This document shows positions 20,945 through 32,250 of a stretch of 64,000 bases of DNA, in pieces. Under the pieces are notes generated by a model. The model was not told where the DNA came from, ran no database searches, and saw nothing but the letters and a program-made list of their open reading frames with translations. The first letter of the stretch is position 1, and each line of letters begins with the position of its first letter. A program made the translations under genes and the position numbers. Origin of the DNA: an uncultured Actinomycetes bacterium (GTDB taxonomy: Bacteria; Actinomycetota; Thermoleophilia; RBG-16-64-13); assembly GCA_963706025.1 (NCBI GenBank), contig CAVPLM010000005.1, positions 736,001 through 800,000 of the forward strand. The letters are read 5' to 3'.

Positions 20945-22115
20945 TCGGCCGCGCGCAACGTGGCATACGGGTTGACGGCTCCTCCTCCTCCGGGGTGGAT
21001 CTCGAAGTGCAGATGGTAGCAACCGTGGGCGTTCCCGGTGCAGCCCACCCACCCGATGGTCTGTCCCGCGCCCACCGAGACCCCGGAGTGGATGCCGGAA
21101 GCGATGCCGTCCAGGTGGGCGTAGTAGTAGCTGGAGCCGTTCTTGCCCCGCAGCCAGATGGTGATCCCTCCCAGACCGCTATTGCTCGGATTGGTACGGA
21201 GGATGGTCCCGCTGACGCAAGCTACCACCGGCGTGCCATGCGGCGCCATGATGTCGGTGCCCCTGTGCGAGCGCCCGCCCGAGCGAGCGGCGCCCCAGGT
21301 GTTCGTGAAGCTGTGCGGCCCATCCACGGGGAACACGAAGGAACCTGACTGGACGACCCCACCGCCCGGGTTCTTCTTGGCCGCCTTGGCCGCCGCCGCG
21401 GCTGCCGCCTTGGCTCTGGCCGCGGCCTCGGCCGCTTTGCGCGCCGCCTCTTTCAGTGCTGCCACCTGGTTCTTCAGGCGTCTGTACTCCACCGCCGAGG
21501 CCTTCATCTTCTCGTTCATCTCGGCCTGGAGCGTCTGAAGCTCTTCCACCTGGGCGGTCTGAGCCTGCTTCTTCTCAGCGAGCTCGGCCCGGCGCGCCTC
21601 AGACTCCTTCAAGTGGCTCCTGATCTCGTCGAAGAGCTCCTGGTCGTCGTCCGCCACTTTCCCGAGCATGGAGAAGCGCTGCAGTATGGAGCCGAGATCC
21701 GAATCCGAGAACAGGACTTCCAGGTAGTCCGGGGTCGCCGAGTTGCCGTTCTTGTAAAGATCGACCAGACGGTGGCCAGCTGCGCTTGAGCGATCCCTAG
21801 ATCCTTCTCCGAACGAGCGATGTCGTTCTCGATCTCCGCGATGGCATCGTCGATAGCGGCCAGGCGGACTTCTGCCTTGTTGTATTTCACGGCCAGTTCG
21901 TCAAGGGAGGCCTGCAGCTTGTTCAGCTTCGCGCTGGCCTCTCTCAACTCGGCCTGTTTCTGCGAGAGCGTCGAGCCAAGGGCAGGAGAGAGCAAAGGCG
22001 ATACGAGGAGGAAGACGAGCGTCGTGAAGGCGAGCATCATAAAGGCAAGGAGGCACGGGGAGACCCATCTCGTGGCCTGCCGTGTGTGCGCTTCCGGTGT
22101 CCGGAAAGTGCTCAT
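20941..22115 (-). CDS. Coiled-coil M23 peptidase (murein endopeptidase/activator); frameshift ~21770
   Basis: TM/signal segment, long coiled coil, then [22 protein letters not shown]. Confidence 0.88.
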
Positions 22116-22188
22116 ACGGCCACGTATTGTATCAAAAGATGATTGATCGGCCCGCAAACGCCCCCAACTCCGACCGGCGGCGCCCCGG

Positions 22189-22983
22189 TCACAGCCGGAC
22201 CGGGATGCCCTGGCGCGCCATGTGTTCCTTGGCCTCGTGGATGGTGAACTCCCCGTAGTGGAATATGGAGGCCGCCAGGACGGCATCGGCCTTTCCATCC
22301 CGGATAACCTCCACCAGATGATCGAGAGTCCCAGCTCCCCCGCTGGCGATGACCGGCACGTTGACGGCCTCGGCCACCGCCCGGGTAAGTTCCAGATCGT
22401 AGCCGTCCTTGGTCCCGTCTCGGTCCATGGACGTAAGTAGGATCTCCCCGGCGCCCAGTGCCACGGCCCGGCCGGCCCATTCCACCACGTCCAACCCGGT
22501 GGGCACGCGCCCGCCGTTGACATACGCCTCCCAGCGGAGTGGCGCCGCCGGGTGGGACGCCGGGCGCCCCCCGGGGCCTCCGATCCGCTTCGCGTCTATG
22601 GCAATCACCACGCATTGCGATCCGAACCGGCGCGCGCACGCCGTGATGAGCGCCGGATCACGGATCGCTGCGGAATTCAGCGACACCTTGTCGGCACCGG
22701 CCCCCAGCAGTTGCCGTACATCGTCTTCTCCGCTGATGCCGCCCCCGATGGTGAAGGGTATGAAGAGCTCTTCAGCGCAATGACGAGCCAGTTCCACGAT
22801 CGTGTCGCGCTTCTCGTGTGACGCCGTGATATCCAGGAAGACCACTTCGTCCGCGCCCTCGCGGTCGTAACGCGAGGCCAGCTCTACCGGATCACCGGCA
22901 TCGCGGATGTCGACGAAATTGGTGCCCTTGACCACCCGGCCTTTGTCGACGTCCAGACAAGGGATGATGCGCTTGAGCAGCAT
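22189..22983 (-). CDS. hisF: Imidazole glycerol phosphate synthase cyclase subunit
   Basis: [44 protein letters not shown]. Confidence 0.97.
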   Translation of the reverse strand: MLLKRIIPCLDVDKGRVVKGTNFVDIRDAGDPVELASRYDREGADEVVFLDITASHEKRDTIVELARHCAEELFIPFTIGGGISGEDDVRQLLGAGADKVSLNSAAIRDPALITACARRFGSQCVVIAIDAKRIGGPGGRPASHPAAPLRWEAYVNGGRVPTGLDVVEWAGRAVALGAGEILLTSMDRDGTKDGYDLELTRAVAEAVNVPVIASGGAGTLDHLVEVIRDGKADAVLAASIFHYGEFTIHEAKEHMARQGIPVRL

Positions 22984-23810
22984 CAGTGGCTGCTCACGGA
23001 ATCGCCGCCCGGGTACGGGCTTCCGTTCGCCGGGCCGCCGGCCCCGGCACCGTCCCGGGGGCGCGCCGCGCCCACCTCGCGCCCCGCGTCCAACACCGCC
23101 AGAGCCTCCGCAACGGTGAACCGCCCCTCATAGAGCGCCCGGCCGGCGATCACGCCCGTCACGCCCAGCGGCTCCAGCGCCACGAGAGCCTGCAGATCGT
23201 GGAGGCTGGTGACTCCGCCCGAGGCGATGATCTCCAGCCCGCTGTTCAGAGCCAACTCCCGGATGCCCTCCAGGTTCACGCTCTGCATCATGCCGTCCCG
23301 GCTGATGTCGGTGTACAAGATCTCGAGCACACCCGTCGCCTCCAAGCGGCGCGCCAGATCCAGGGCGAGGATCTGACTCCTTTCTTGCCAGCCCCTGGTC
23401 TTGACGAAGCCGTCTTCGGCATCCACGGCCACCACCACCCGTGCCGGCCCCAGCAGGGTCAGCGCCCGTTCAAGGAAAGCTTCGTCCTCCACGGCACTCG
23501 TGCCGATGACCGCCTTGGCCACCCGGCTCCCGGCGATCAAGTCCAAAGCCGCCTCGGTGCGGATGCCTCCCCCGGTCTCCACAGGAATCGGCACCGCCTC
23601 GGCGATCGCTCGTACCAGATCGAAGTTGCGCGGCGTCCCTTCTCGGGCTCCGTCGAGATCGACCACATGCAGATAGCGGGCTCCTTCACTCATCCAATGC
23701 TCGGCCATGGCAACAGGATCGTCCCCAAACACCGTCTCGTCGGCGAAGTCGCCCCGCCGGAGACGGACGCACCGTCCGCCCTGAATGTCGATAGCCGGGA
23801 TGAGTCGCAT
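22983..23810 (-). CDS. hisA: ProFAR isomerase
   Basis: [45 protein letters not shown]. Confidence 0.95.
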   Translation of the reverse strand: MRLIPAIDIQGGRCVRLRRGDFADETVFGDDPVAMAEHWMSEGARYLHVVDLDGAREGTPRNFDLVRAIAEAVPIPVETGGGIRTEAALDLIAGSRVAKAVIGTSAVEDEAFLERALTLLGPARVVVAVDAEDGFVKTRGWQERSQILALDLARRLEATGVLEILYTDISRDGMMQSVNLEGIRELALNSGLEIIASGGVTSLHDLQALVALEPLGVTGVIAGRALYEGRFTVAEALAVLDAGREVGAARPRDGAGAGGPANGSPYPGGDSVSSH

Positions 23811-24464
23811 CAGTCGTGCACCAGTCCCGCCCGCCGGGCAAAGTTGCGGTAGAAGCGCAAACCTAGAGTGCTCGATTTCTCCGGATGGAATTGCACGGCC
23901 GCCACGTTGTCCACCTCGATGGCCGAAGCGAAGGTAACACCGCCGTAGTCGGTCATAGCCTAGCACGTCCGAAGGCGAGCGCGGCACCACGGCGTAGCCG
24001 TGAACGAAGTAGAAGGCCGATCCATCGGGGATCCCGTCCAGGAGATCGGAGCAGGTGCAGGCTTCCACCTGGTTCCAGCCGATGTGAGGCACCTTGACCG
24101 TCGGCGGTAGCGCGCGTACGTCGCCGCGCACCAGCCCCAGCCCCGAAACCCCCGGGTCCTCCTCGCTGCTCTCGAAGAGCAGTTGCAGGCCCAGACAAAC
24201 CCCCAAAAACGGCACCCCGGCCTCGATCCGCTCCAACAATGGCTCGACCAGCCCCTTCTCTTCCAACTGCTCCATGGCGGCGCCGAAGGCGCCCACACCA
24301 GGCAGTACCAGACCGGCGGCGTCCGCCATCCCGCGGGGATCGTGCCCCACGATGGCGGTCACGCCCACGTGTTCGAACGCCTTCTGTACCGAGCGGAGGT
24401 TTCCCGAGCCGTAGTCGACGATGTAGAGGGACCGAGCTCCACCACCGAGTCCGAAGCCGCTCAC
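23810..24464 (-). CDS. hisH: IGP synthase glutamine amidotransferase (frameshift ~23958)
   Basis: [31 protein letters not shown]; after the shift, QFHPEKS...FYRNF ends at TGA overlapping the hisA ATG. Confidence 0.92.
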
Positions 24465-25084
24465 AAGACCCCTTTGGTGGAGGGGACGCCGGTGGCCCGC
24501 GGGTCGAGGGAGACCGCCTGCCGCAGCGCTTTGGCGAAGGCTTTGAACACCGCCTCGATGGTGTGGTGCGCGTCGCCCCCGGACAATACACGCACGTGCA
24601 TGGTCATGCGCGAGTTGTTGGCGACCGCCCGGAAGAACTCCGCGACCAGGCTGCTGTCGAACCCGGCGATGCTCTCCGCGACCGGACCGCCGTCATACGC
24701 GAAGTAGGGGCGTCCGCTCAGATCCAGTGCGACCAGAACCAGGGCCTCGTCCATGGGCACGACCATGTTCCCGTACCGGTAGATCCCTTTCTTGTCACCG
24801 ACCGCTTCGGCCAGAGCCAGGCCGAGACAGATGCCCACATCCTCCACGGTGTGGTGACCGCCGGTCTGCAGATCGCCGCTGGCCTCCACGGTGAGGTCGA
24901 ACAGACCGTGACCGGCGACGAGCTCCAGCATGTGATCGAAGAATCCCAGACCCGTGCTGATAGTCGCCTTGCCCGAACCGTCGAGGCCGAGCTTGACTTG
25001 AACATTGGTCTCCCGGGTCCTCCGTTCGATAGTAGCCACCCGTTGAGCCGTATCGAGGGGTAGTGTGGAGCTATCGGGCTGCAC
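24461..25084 (-). CDS. hisB: Imidazoleglycerol-phosphate dehydratase
   Basis: RRTRET, FFDHML, HHTVED, PMDEAL, HHTIEAVFKAF, PSTKG. Start chosen at the GTG after GGAGG. Confidence 0.94.
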   Translation of the reverse strand: MQPDSSTLPLDTAQRVATIERRTRETNVQVKLGLDGSGKATISTGLGFFDHMLELVAGHGLFDLTVEASGDLQTGGHHTVEDVGICLGLALAEAVGDKKGIYRYGNMVVPMDEALVLVALDLSGRPYFAYDGGPVAESIAGFDSSLVAEFFRAVANNSRMTMHVRVLSGGDAHHTIEAVFKAFAKALRQAVSLDPRATGVPSTKGVL

Positions 25085-25270
25085 TGTCGCCTCCGTGGTC
25101 AGATCGGGGTAGACTCCGGTCAAATCCTGGTGGCCGCTGTCTTCGCCGAGCACGTTTCTCGGCTGCGAAGCGACTCCAGGAGGATAGCATAGGGGTGGTG
25201 CCGGCTGCCCCCACGAGGCGGTGTACGCCGCCACGCAGTGCGGGCGCGGCGCCGCTGGTGGCCGCTCTCG

Positions 25271-26627
25271 CTAGTCTGTGTGGGCCGCCCGGAGCTCAGC
25301 CGATAGACGGTGGAACGGGAAGCCTTCGCTGTTGGCCAGCTTGGCCAGAAGCGGGGGCAGGGTCGTGACGGCCTTCGGCAGACATCTCCACCACGGAGGA
25401 CTTGCGCAGGAAGGTGGCCACCGATAGCGGAGAGGAGAAACGGGCCGTCCCACCGGTGGGGAGCACGTGGTTGCTGCCCGCGATGTAGTCGCCAAAGGCG
25501 GTGGGAGTGAGGTGACCGACGAAGATCCCCCCTGCCGACCTCACCCGGGGCAAGAAAGCCCCGCGCGTCGGCAAGTTGTATCTCTAGGTGTTCGGGGGCG
25601 AAGGCGTTGACCATCGCGGTCGCGAGATCCAAGAAGTCCTCCCCGATAGCCGGGTAGAACGCCGCAGAGCCGCCTTTCATCGCGCCCGGCCGGCCCAACA
25701 GCGTATCCGTTGCCCCAGTCCGCGTCGCCGGTGCGGTCGTCGCTGCCGCCGGATACCGGCAGGCGTAGGCGCTCGAGGGCTTCGGCCACCTCCAGACAGA
25801 GACACTCCGAATCTGCCATCAACACCGCCTGCGCCCCGCTCCGTGCTCCTCCTGGGCGAGCATGTCCGCCGCGATCCAGACCGCGCGAGCGGTCTGGTCG
25901 GCCACCACCAGTACCTCGCTCGGGCCGGCCAGGTTGTCGATACCCACGGCCCCATAGACCTGGCGTTTGGCCTCCATGACGTAGGCGTTGCCGGGCCCGC
26001 AGATCGACGTCCACCCGGGGTATCGTCTGGGTGCCGTAGGCCATGGCCGCAATGGCCTGAGCGCCTCCTGCCCGGAACACCCGCTCCACGCCCATGAGCC
26101 GAGCCGCGGCCAGGACCGATGAGGTTGACGCTCCCGTCCCGGCCCGGCGGAGTGCAGATGACGAGCTCATTCACCCCGGCCACGAGCGCCGGAACAGCGT
26201 TCATGATCACCGTAGACGCATACGAACCGAGGCCGCCCGGCACGTACAGGCCCGCGCGCTCGACCGGCAGGTGGCGGATGCCGAGCTTCTGCCCTTGGGC
26301 CCCTTCCTCCTCCCAATCCGGCGTCAACTCGTGCTTGTGGAAGAAGGTGCAGTTGTCGCGGGCGGTCTCCAGTGCGGCAATCACCTGCGGGTCCATCGCC
26401 TGATAGGCGGCCTCGAGATCGCCCGCCGTCACGGCCAGTGCCGAGGCGCTCGCCCCTTCCCAGTCGAACCGAGTCGTGGCCTCGACCACGGCGGCATCGC
26501 CACGCGCTCGAACATCGGCGACCAGGCCGGCCACGCCTGCTGCGACCTCCCGGCCGGCCGACTCCGGCGGTCGCAGAACCGCCACCTCGTCGGGTAGGGA
26601 GACACTCGTGAGCGCTGTGATTCTCAT
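25271..26627 (-). CDS. hisD: Histidinol dehydrogenase (several frameshifts)
   Basis: [42 protein letters not shown] and [12 protein letters not shown], spread over several frames. Confidence 0.9.
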
Positions 26628-26716
26628 GGTGGGACTCCGGGTCCTCAGAATGCCGGGTCAAACACCCGGTCCAGGATACCGCACCAGGGGCGAGCAAAGG
26701 CGCGATCTGGCCGGCC

Positions 26717-27819
26717 CTAGGACTCCTCTTCGTGGAGAATTCGCAGGCCCTCGAAACGGAGGGTGATACGAACTGGAGCGCCCTCACTCAGGTCGAGTTC
26801 CTGGTAGAAGTAGCTGGCGCCCCTTGCCTCCAGCTCGTGACCGTTGTCGAGGCGCAGCCGGATGACCCGCATGTCGGCGACGTCTTTCACACTCACGATC
26901 CTCGCGTCCAGTTGGTTGACTGCCAGACCACCCAGCACGGGCCGGTCAGGGTAGAGCAGCTTGACGTCCTCCGGAGCGACATAGATCGGGACGAGCTCGC
27001 CCGGGGAGCATAGCTGAGCGGGCGCGTACAGCTCCAGACCCTCCCAGTCGAGAACGACGCGGTCGGCGGTCGCGCTTGCTACACGTGCGTGGAAGATGTT
27101 ACGGATCCCGAGAACCTCGGCCGCACTCATGCTGGAGGGCCGGCGGAAGACTTCCCCCACCGCCCCACTTGCTCGAGCTCTCCATCTCGCAGCACCGCGA
27201 GCCGGTCCCCAAGAGCGAAGGCGTCTTCCAAGTTATGGGTGACGCAGATGACGATAAGGTGCCGTTCGAGCTGGAGCGCCCGCAGCTCCGTTCGCAGCCT
27301 TTCCCGAAGCCCGGGGTCGAGCGCGGAGAAAGGCTCGTCGAGTAGCAGGACTTCAGGGTCTCTGGCCAGAGCCCGCGCTATGGCCACCCTCTGCTGCTGA
27401 CCCCCGGATAGCTGATGCGGGAAACGGTCGGCCAACTGAGCGAGGCCCATCTGGTCGACAAGGTCACGGCGCGCTCCCGAGCCCGCTCGGATCGCGGCCA
27501 AGGGATAGCGGACATTGCCCAGGACCGTCAAATGGGGGAAGAGAGCGTAGTTCTGAAAGACATAGCCGACCCCGCGCCTGCGGGCGGGCATGTTCACGTG
27601 TTCTCCCCCGGTTCTCCGTCGGAACAAGACCTCGTCATCCAGGATGATCTCGCCTTGGTCCGGCGTCACGAGACCGGCTATCGACTCCAGGGTCATGGAC
27701 TTGCCGGCCCCGGACGGGCCGAAAAGGACGAGTACCTCTTCGCGCACCTCCAGACTCAGGTCGAGAGTGAAGGAGGGAAGCCGCCGATGGATGTCGACGG
27801 TAAGCCGGCGTTCGTTCAT
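26717..27819 (-). CDS. modC: Molybdate ABC transporter ATPase (frameshift ~27155)
   Basis: GPSGAGKS, VFQNYALFPH, LSGGQQQR, LLDEPFSALD; C-terminal TOBE-like region. Confidence 0.85.
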
Positions 27820-28463
27820 TTGTTTCTGGCGGAATCGAGACGCCCGATGATGATGAAGCTGACCAGGCCCATCCCGGTGAGAAGAGCCACGACCAGGTTC
27901 GCGACGCCGTACTGCTGGTTCTGAACGGCGTCGTAGACGAACAGGGGCAGGGTCTGGGTGCTGCCGGGGATGTTGCCCGCCACCATGAGGGTCGCCCCGA
28001 ACTCCCCCAGTGCGCGAGCCGCCGAAAGGACCGTCCCGGCGATCAGCCCACGCCGGGCGAGCGGGAGAGTGACCCGTAAGAAGACCGCCGCCTCCGAGGA
28101 GCCCAGGGTGCGGGCCGCGTTCTCGAGCACCGGATCGACCCCCCGGATAGCGGTGCGCGCAGCCTGGACCATCAGAGGAAGAGCCACGACTGCCGAGGCG
28201 AAGACAGCGGCGACCCAGGTGAAGACGATGTTCACTCCAAACAGTCCTTCGACCGGTCCGCCGTCTCCGAAGAAGCGGAGCAGGTAGTAGCCCACGACAC
28301 TCGGCGGAAGTACCAGAGGGAGCATCAGGACGGCTTCGAACACGTGTATCCCGGGGAAACGGACCCGCGCCAGCAACAGTCCCGCCGCTGTCCCGACGAT
28401 CACGACCATCAGGGTGGCGACGACCGTCACTTGAATCGAGATGAGGAACGCCTGCCAGCCCAC
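27816..28463 (-). CDS. modB: Molybdate ABC transporter permease
   Basis: LPLVLPPSVVGY, ARTLG, ARALGEFGATLMVAGNIPG; GTG after GGAGGAGG. Confidence 0.92.
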   Translation of the reverse strand: MGWQAFLISIQVTVVATLMVVIVGTAAGLLLARVRFPGIHVFEAVLMLPLVLPPSVVGYYLLRFFGDGGPVEGLFGVNIVFTWVAAVFASAVVALPLMVQAARTAIRGVDPVLENAARTLGSSEAAVFLRVTLPLARRGLIAGTVLSAARALGEFGATLMVAGNIPGSTQTLPLFVYDAVQNQQYGVANLVVALLTGMGLVSFIIIGRLDSARNK

Positions 28464-28464
28464 A

Positions 28465-29293
28465 CTAGCCTCCTCCGGGAGCACGAACCCGTATTTCTGC
28501 AGGATCTCGCGTCCCACCTCGCCGGTGAGAAACGCGACGAACTGCTCCGCCTCGCTCTGATGGGTGCTGCTGGCGATGATGGCGAGAGCCTGGTTGATGG
28601 GCTGGTGGAGGTCCTCGGGAACCAGCGCGTAGGTTCCGCCGGCTCTGACTACCAGCGACAGGGCCACGAGTCCTACATCCACGTTGCCGGTCTCGGCGAA
28701 CTGGAAGGCCTGACGCACGTTCTCCGCCGGCACGAGCTTCGACTGAAGCTGATCCCACAGTCCAGCCGACTCGAGGGCCTCGCGGGCCGCTTTGCCGTAG
28801 GGAGCGTGGTCGGGGTTCGCTATGGAGATACGCGCCACGTCGGGACCGGCAAGGTCCTCCAGAGTCCTCACGCGTCAGCTGGCTTCCCTCTCGCGTCCAC
28901 ATGACCAGTCGCCCGCGCCCATAGATCCGGGACGACCCGGGACGAGGAGAGCCTTTCTCTGTCGAGTTGGTCGATCGCCGCCGTGCTTGCGGCCAAGAAG
29001 ACGTCGACCTCGGGCTCCGGCAGCGATCTGCTCCATCAACTGGCCGGTCGATCCGAGGTTGGTCTTCAGAGCAGCCCGCTGTCTTCCTCGAACAGGGGCG
29101 TGAGTTCCGCCAAGACCGGGGACAGGTCGGCGGCGGCGGAAACCACGAGCTCGACAGGTTCGGCGCCGGCGCTCGATTGTCCGCCGTCAGCCGTCGCCGC
29201 GCCGCCACACGAGGCCACGAGGACGGCGGCTACCGCGACGACTCCGGCCAGCAAGAGAAGCGACCTCAGCCCAACCCGGTCCAGAGCAGTCAT
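28465..29293 (-). CDS. modA: Molybdate-binding lipoprotein (several frameshifts)
   Basis: Lipobox LVASC, VSAAADL, IANPDHAPYGKAA, ENVRQ, GNVDVG. Confidence 0.85.
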
Positions 29294-29476
29294 TCTCGTG
29301 ATGTCCTCCTTCCCGTTCGCATGTGGTTATCCGATGACAAGTATAACGGGTGGGGAATCGTGAGAACAGGCGAACAATTGGAGGCTGCGCCCAAGGCGAA
29401 CTGTCGGACTTCGCCGAATGACCGGCCCCGTTCGGAGCTAACGGCCGGCCCGCGCGGCGCCGGGCCGCCCGAGCAG

Positions 29477-32250
29477 CTAGCGTGCCTCCGGACCTCCCGG
29501 CGGATCCTGAGGCTCGATGAGAGTGAGGAGGGAGGACTGCTGTGGGTCTTTGGCCAGGAAACGGCGGATCCATTCCTGGCCGCCGGGGGAGGTGACGATC
29601 TCACCGAAGGCTTCGGCGTCGTGAGCGAGTCCCTGCCGAAACCCATGCTCGAAGCCGTAGGCCATAGCTTCGAGGGCGGCGCGGCCGGCAGCCCTGCGCG
29701 CGGCCGCCAGCTCGGTGGCCTCGGTCGAGTCCGGAACGGGCGCGGACAGCAGGGTCTGTACGTCGGACCGAGCCAGCAGTGAGGCCAATTCGCCCGCCCG
29801 GCGCCGCCCTTCGGCATCCCAGTCGCGGCGCGCGATCGCGCGCGCGCCGCCGGTCAGATCGAGGGCGACACTGTAGGCACGCCGGATAGCCGTGGCCGCC
29901 GGGTACACCTCATCCACCAGACCTGCCTGCCTCGCCGTCTCGGCGTCGATGGGCTCACCGTTCACGCAGAGGTCTGCCGCGAGGGCGGGTCCCACCAGCC
30001 GGGGGAGCCGCTGCATTCCGCCGTAGCCCGGGAATATGCCGAGCTTCACCTCCGGCTGTCCAAAGCGCGCGCTCTCGGTGGCTATACGGTAGTGAGCAGA
30101 CATGGCGAGCTCGTTCCCTCCGCCCAGCGCAAACCCGTCGACGACGGCCACCACCGGCACCGGCAGCTCTTCCAGCTCACGAAACACTCGGTTGACCTTG
30201 GCCGCCAACCCGGCCACCACCTTCGCGGAAGCATCGACGAACCCCGTCACGTCCGCGCCGGCCACGAAGGAGCGGCCATGACCGGTCAGAACGATCGCGG
30301 CGATGCGCGTACCCTCCAGACCTCCGTGCTCACGAAGCTCCCGCACCAGACCGTCGAGCTCCTCGACGAGCCCCTCGTTGAGCGCGTTGAGAGCCTCCGG
30401 GCGCGTCAGCGTGACCAGAGCGACCTCCCCGATGAGGCTCACGTCGAGATAGCGGCCGGCGGCGGGGTTTGCCTCGCGGAGCAGGTACCCGAAATAGGCC
30501 CTTACGTAGTCAGCCAGAGGGCGGTCGACCCGGTCGGCCTGCACAAGGGCGACGCCCTTGGACCTCCTCATGGTGCCGTCGAGCATCCGCTGCTGGATAA
30601 GAGGCAGCTCGGGAAGACCTACCACCTCCAGGTCCTCCTCCTCCATCATCATGCGGCCGTTGGCCAACAGTCGCACCACCTCCGCGGCCTGTGCCGCCCC
30701 GATACATGTGCGATCCGCTGATGGTGAGGTCGTAGCCGCCCCGGACCACCACGTGACCGCAGGGAAACACATCTTTCTCGTCGAAGTCGCGGGCAAGGAA
30801 CGTACTGTACTGGAGCGTGCTCCGGCCTGATTGGTCGAACACCACGTCAGGACTCCTCCGTGTCCCCCACACCTGCCAGAGCGCCTTGCCCAGCGCCTGC
30901 GCGTGGACGGAGGTAGCCGGATGTGTATTCCGGGTTGGGTCGCCCTTCGGGCAGGAGGGGGTCGGGCATGTCCGCGGGGAGGGTGAAGACATCGCTGTCA
31001 AGGACATTCGTCTCCGCCACGCCCAAAGCCCGGATGGCAGCCACACCCTCACCCTCGCGACTCTCTGAGGCCAGCACCACGACGTCCGCGCTTCGGCGAA
31101 GCAGAGCTTCCACCGCCGCTCGAGCGCCTTCGCCCGCGCCCCACACCAGGGCGCGGCGACCCGGCGGAAAGCCTATCTCCGCGAGGACGGTGGCAGGCGC
31201 CGACCTTCGGAACATCACCTGTTTCTGGCGCATCCACACCCAGCGGGCATCCATGACGTACCGGCAGCCGTCGTAGAAGAAGGTCTGCTTGTACTCCCCT
31301 TTCACACCCTGGCCCGTAGCCCCGAAGAAGGCGAGTGTTCCTCCCGGTCGCAGGCAGGAGACGAGAAGTGGGAAGTTGGTGCCGCCGGTGTGCTCGAAAA
31401 CCTTGTCCACGGGGCCGCCGGCCGCCGCGAAGACCGCTTGGCGGAACGGCTCGGTGCGCGCCTGCCACGCCTCTGGGTCTTCGCCGGCGGGAAGCACGCC
31501 GAACACCTCGCGCGGCATGGTACGCCGGTCCACATACGCGTCCACCAGCCCCCGATCGACAAGCGACTGCATGAGCTCCGGATTGGAGCCCACGAGGACG
31601 ACCCGGGCGCCGAGCGCCTTACCCAGTTGGGCACCCGCATAGCTCGTGCCTTTGCCTCCCCCCATGACAAGAAGAGACTCCCCGGGCTGGACGTTCAAGC
31701 GTTCCACCACGGCCCGGTACGCCGTCCCGTAGGTGAGGATCAGCGGAGCCAGACGGATGGGCGTCTGGCCCTCGAGCTCCGGCGGCACGGGGATCGCCCG
31801 CTCCTCCTCGATGACGGCGAACTGCGCGTTGAAGCCATCGTGCGTCTCGTAGCCGCGGATGTTGAAGCCCGTCCAACTGTCCAAGATCACGGCCTGGCCC
31901 AGTTTCAGCCCGCGCACGGCCGGTCCGGCGTCGACCACGAGGCCGACGGCGTCACTTCCCGGGATGTGCAGCCTGGCCGGGTCGCCTCTCCCGAACGGCG
32001 GTACGGGCAGACCGAGGGCTGCGAAGTTCGTGTTGAAGTTGGGGCCGCACGCAAGGATCGCGACGAGCACCTTGCCGGCGTCACCCGCCTCGAGCCGCGG
32101 ACGTGAGACGTGTCTCACCGATACCACGTCCGCCGGCCGGCCGTAGCGGCCTCGGTCGATAACCAGAGCGAGCATCTGCTCCGGCAAATCCGTGCTCAAT
32201 GACGGCGGCATCCCCAAAGGCCAGTCTTTTGACAACCTGGTCCTCCTCAC
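29477..32250 (-). CDS. Ccr/Pcs-like enoyl-CoA reductase (MDR) fused to enoyl-CoA hydratase (frameshifts ~30905 and ~30700)
   Basis: MDR part: NFN, HIPGSDA, IRGYETHDG, LTYGTAYRA, VFEHTG, DARWVWMRQ, GSHM. Crotonase part: RPEALNAL, FVAGADV, ALGGGNELAM, GQPEVKLGIFPGYGGMQRLPR. Confidence 0.8.

Noticed and set aside
22983-24464. Apparent HisH-HisA fusion
   Set aside because: The HisH motif QFHPEKS lies in another frame after ~23958 and ends in a TGATG overlap with hisA.
27816-28871. Apparent ModA-ModB fusion
   Set aside because: A GGAGGAGG RBS with TAG then GTG at 28467-28461 indicates two genes joined by an indel.
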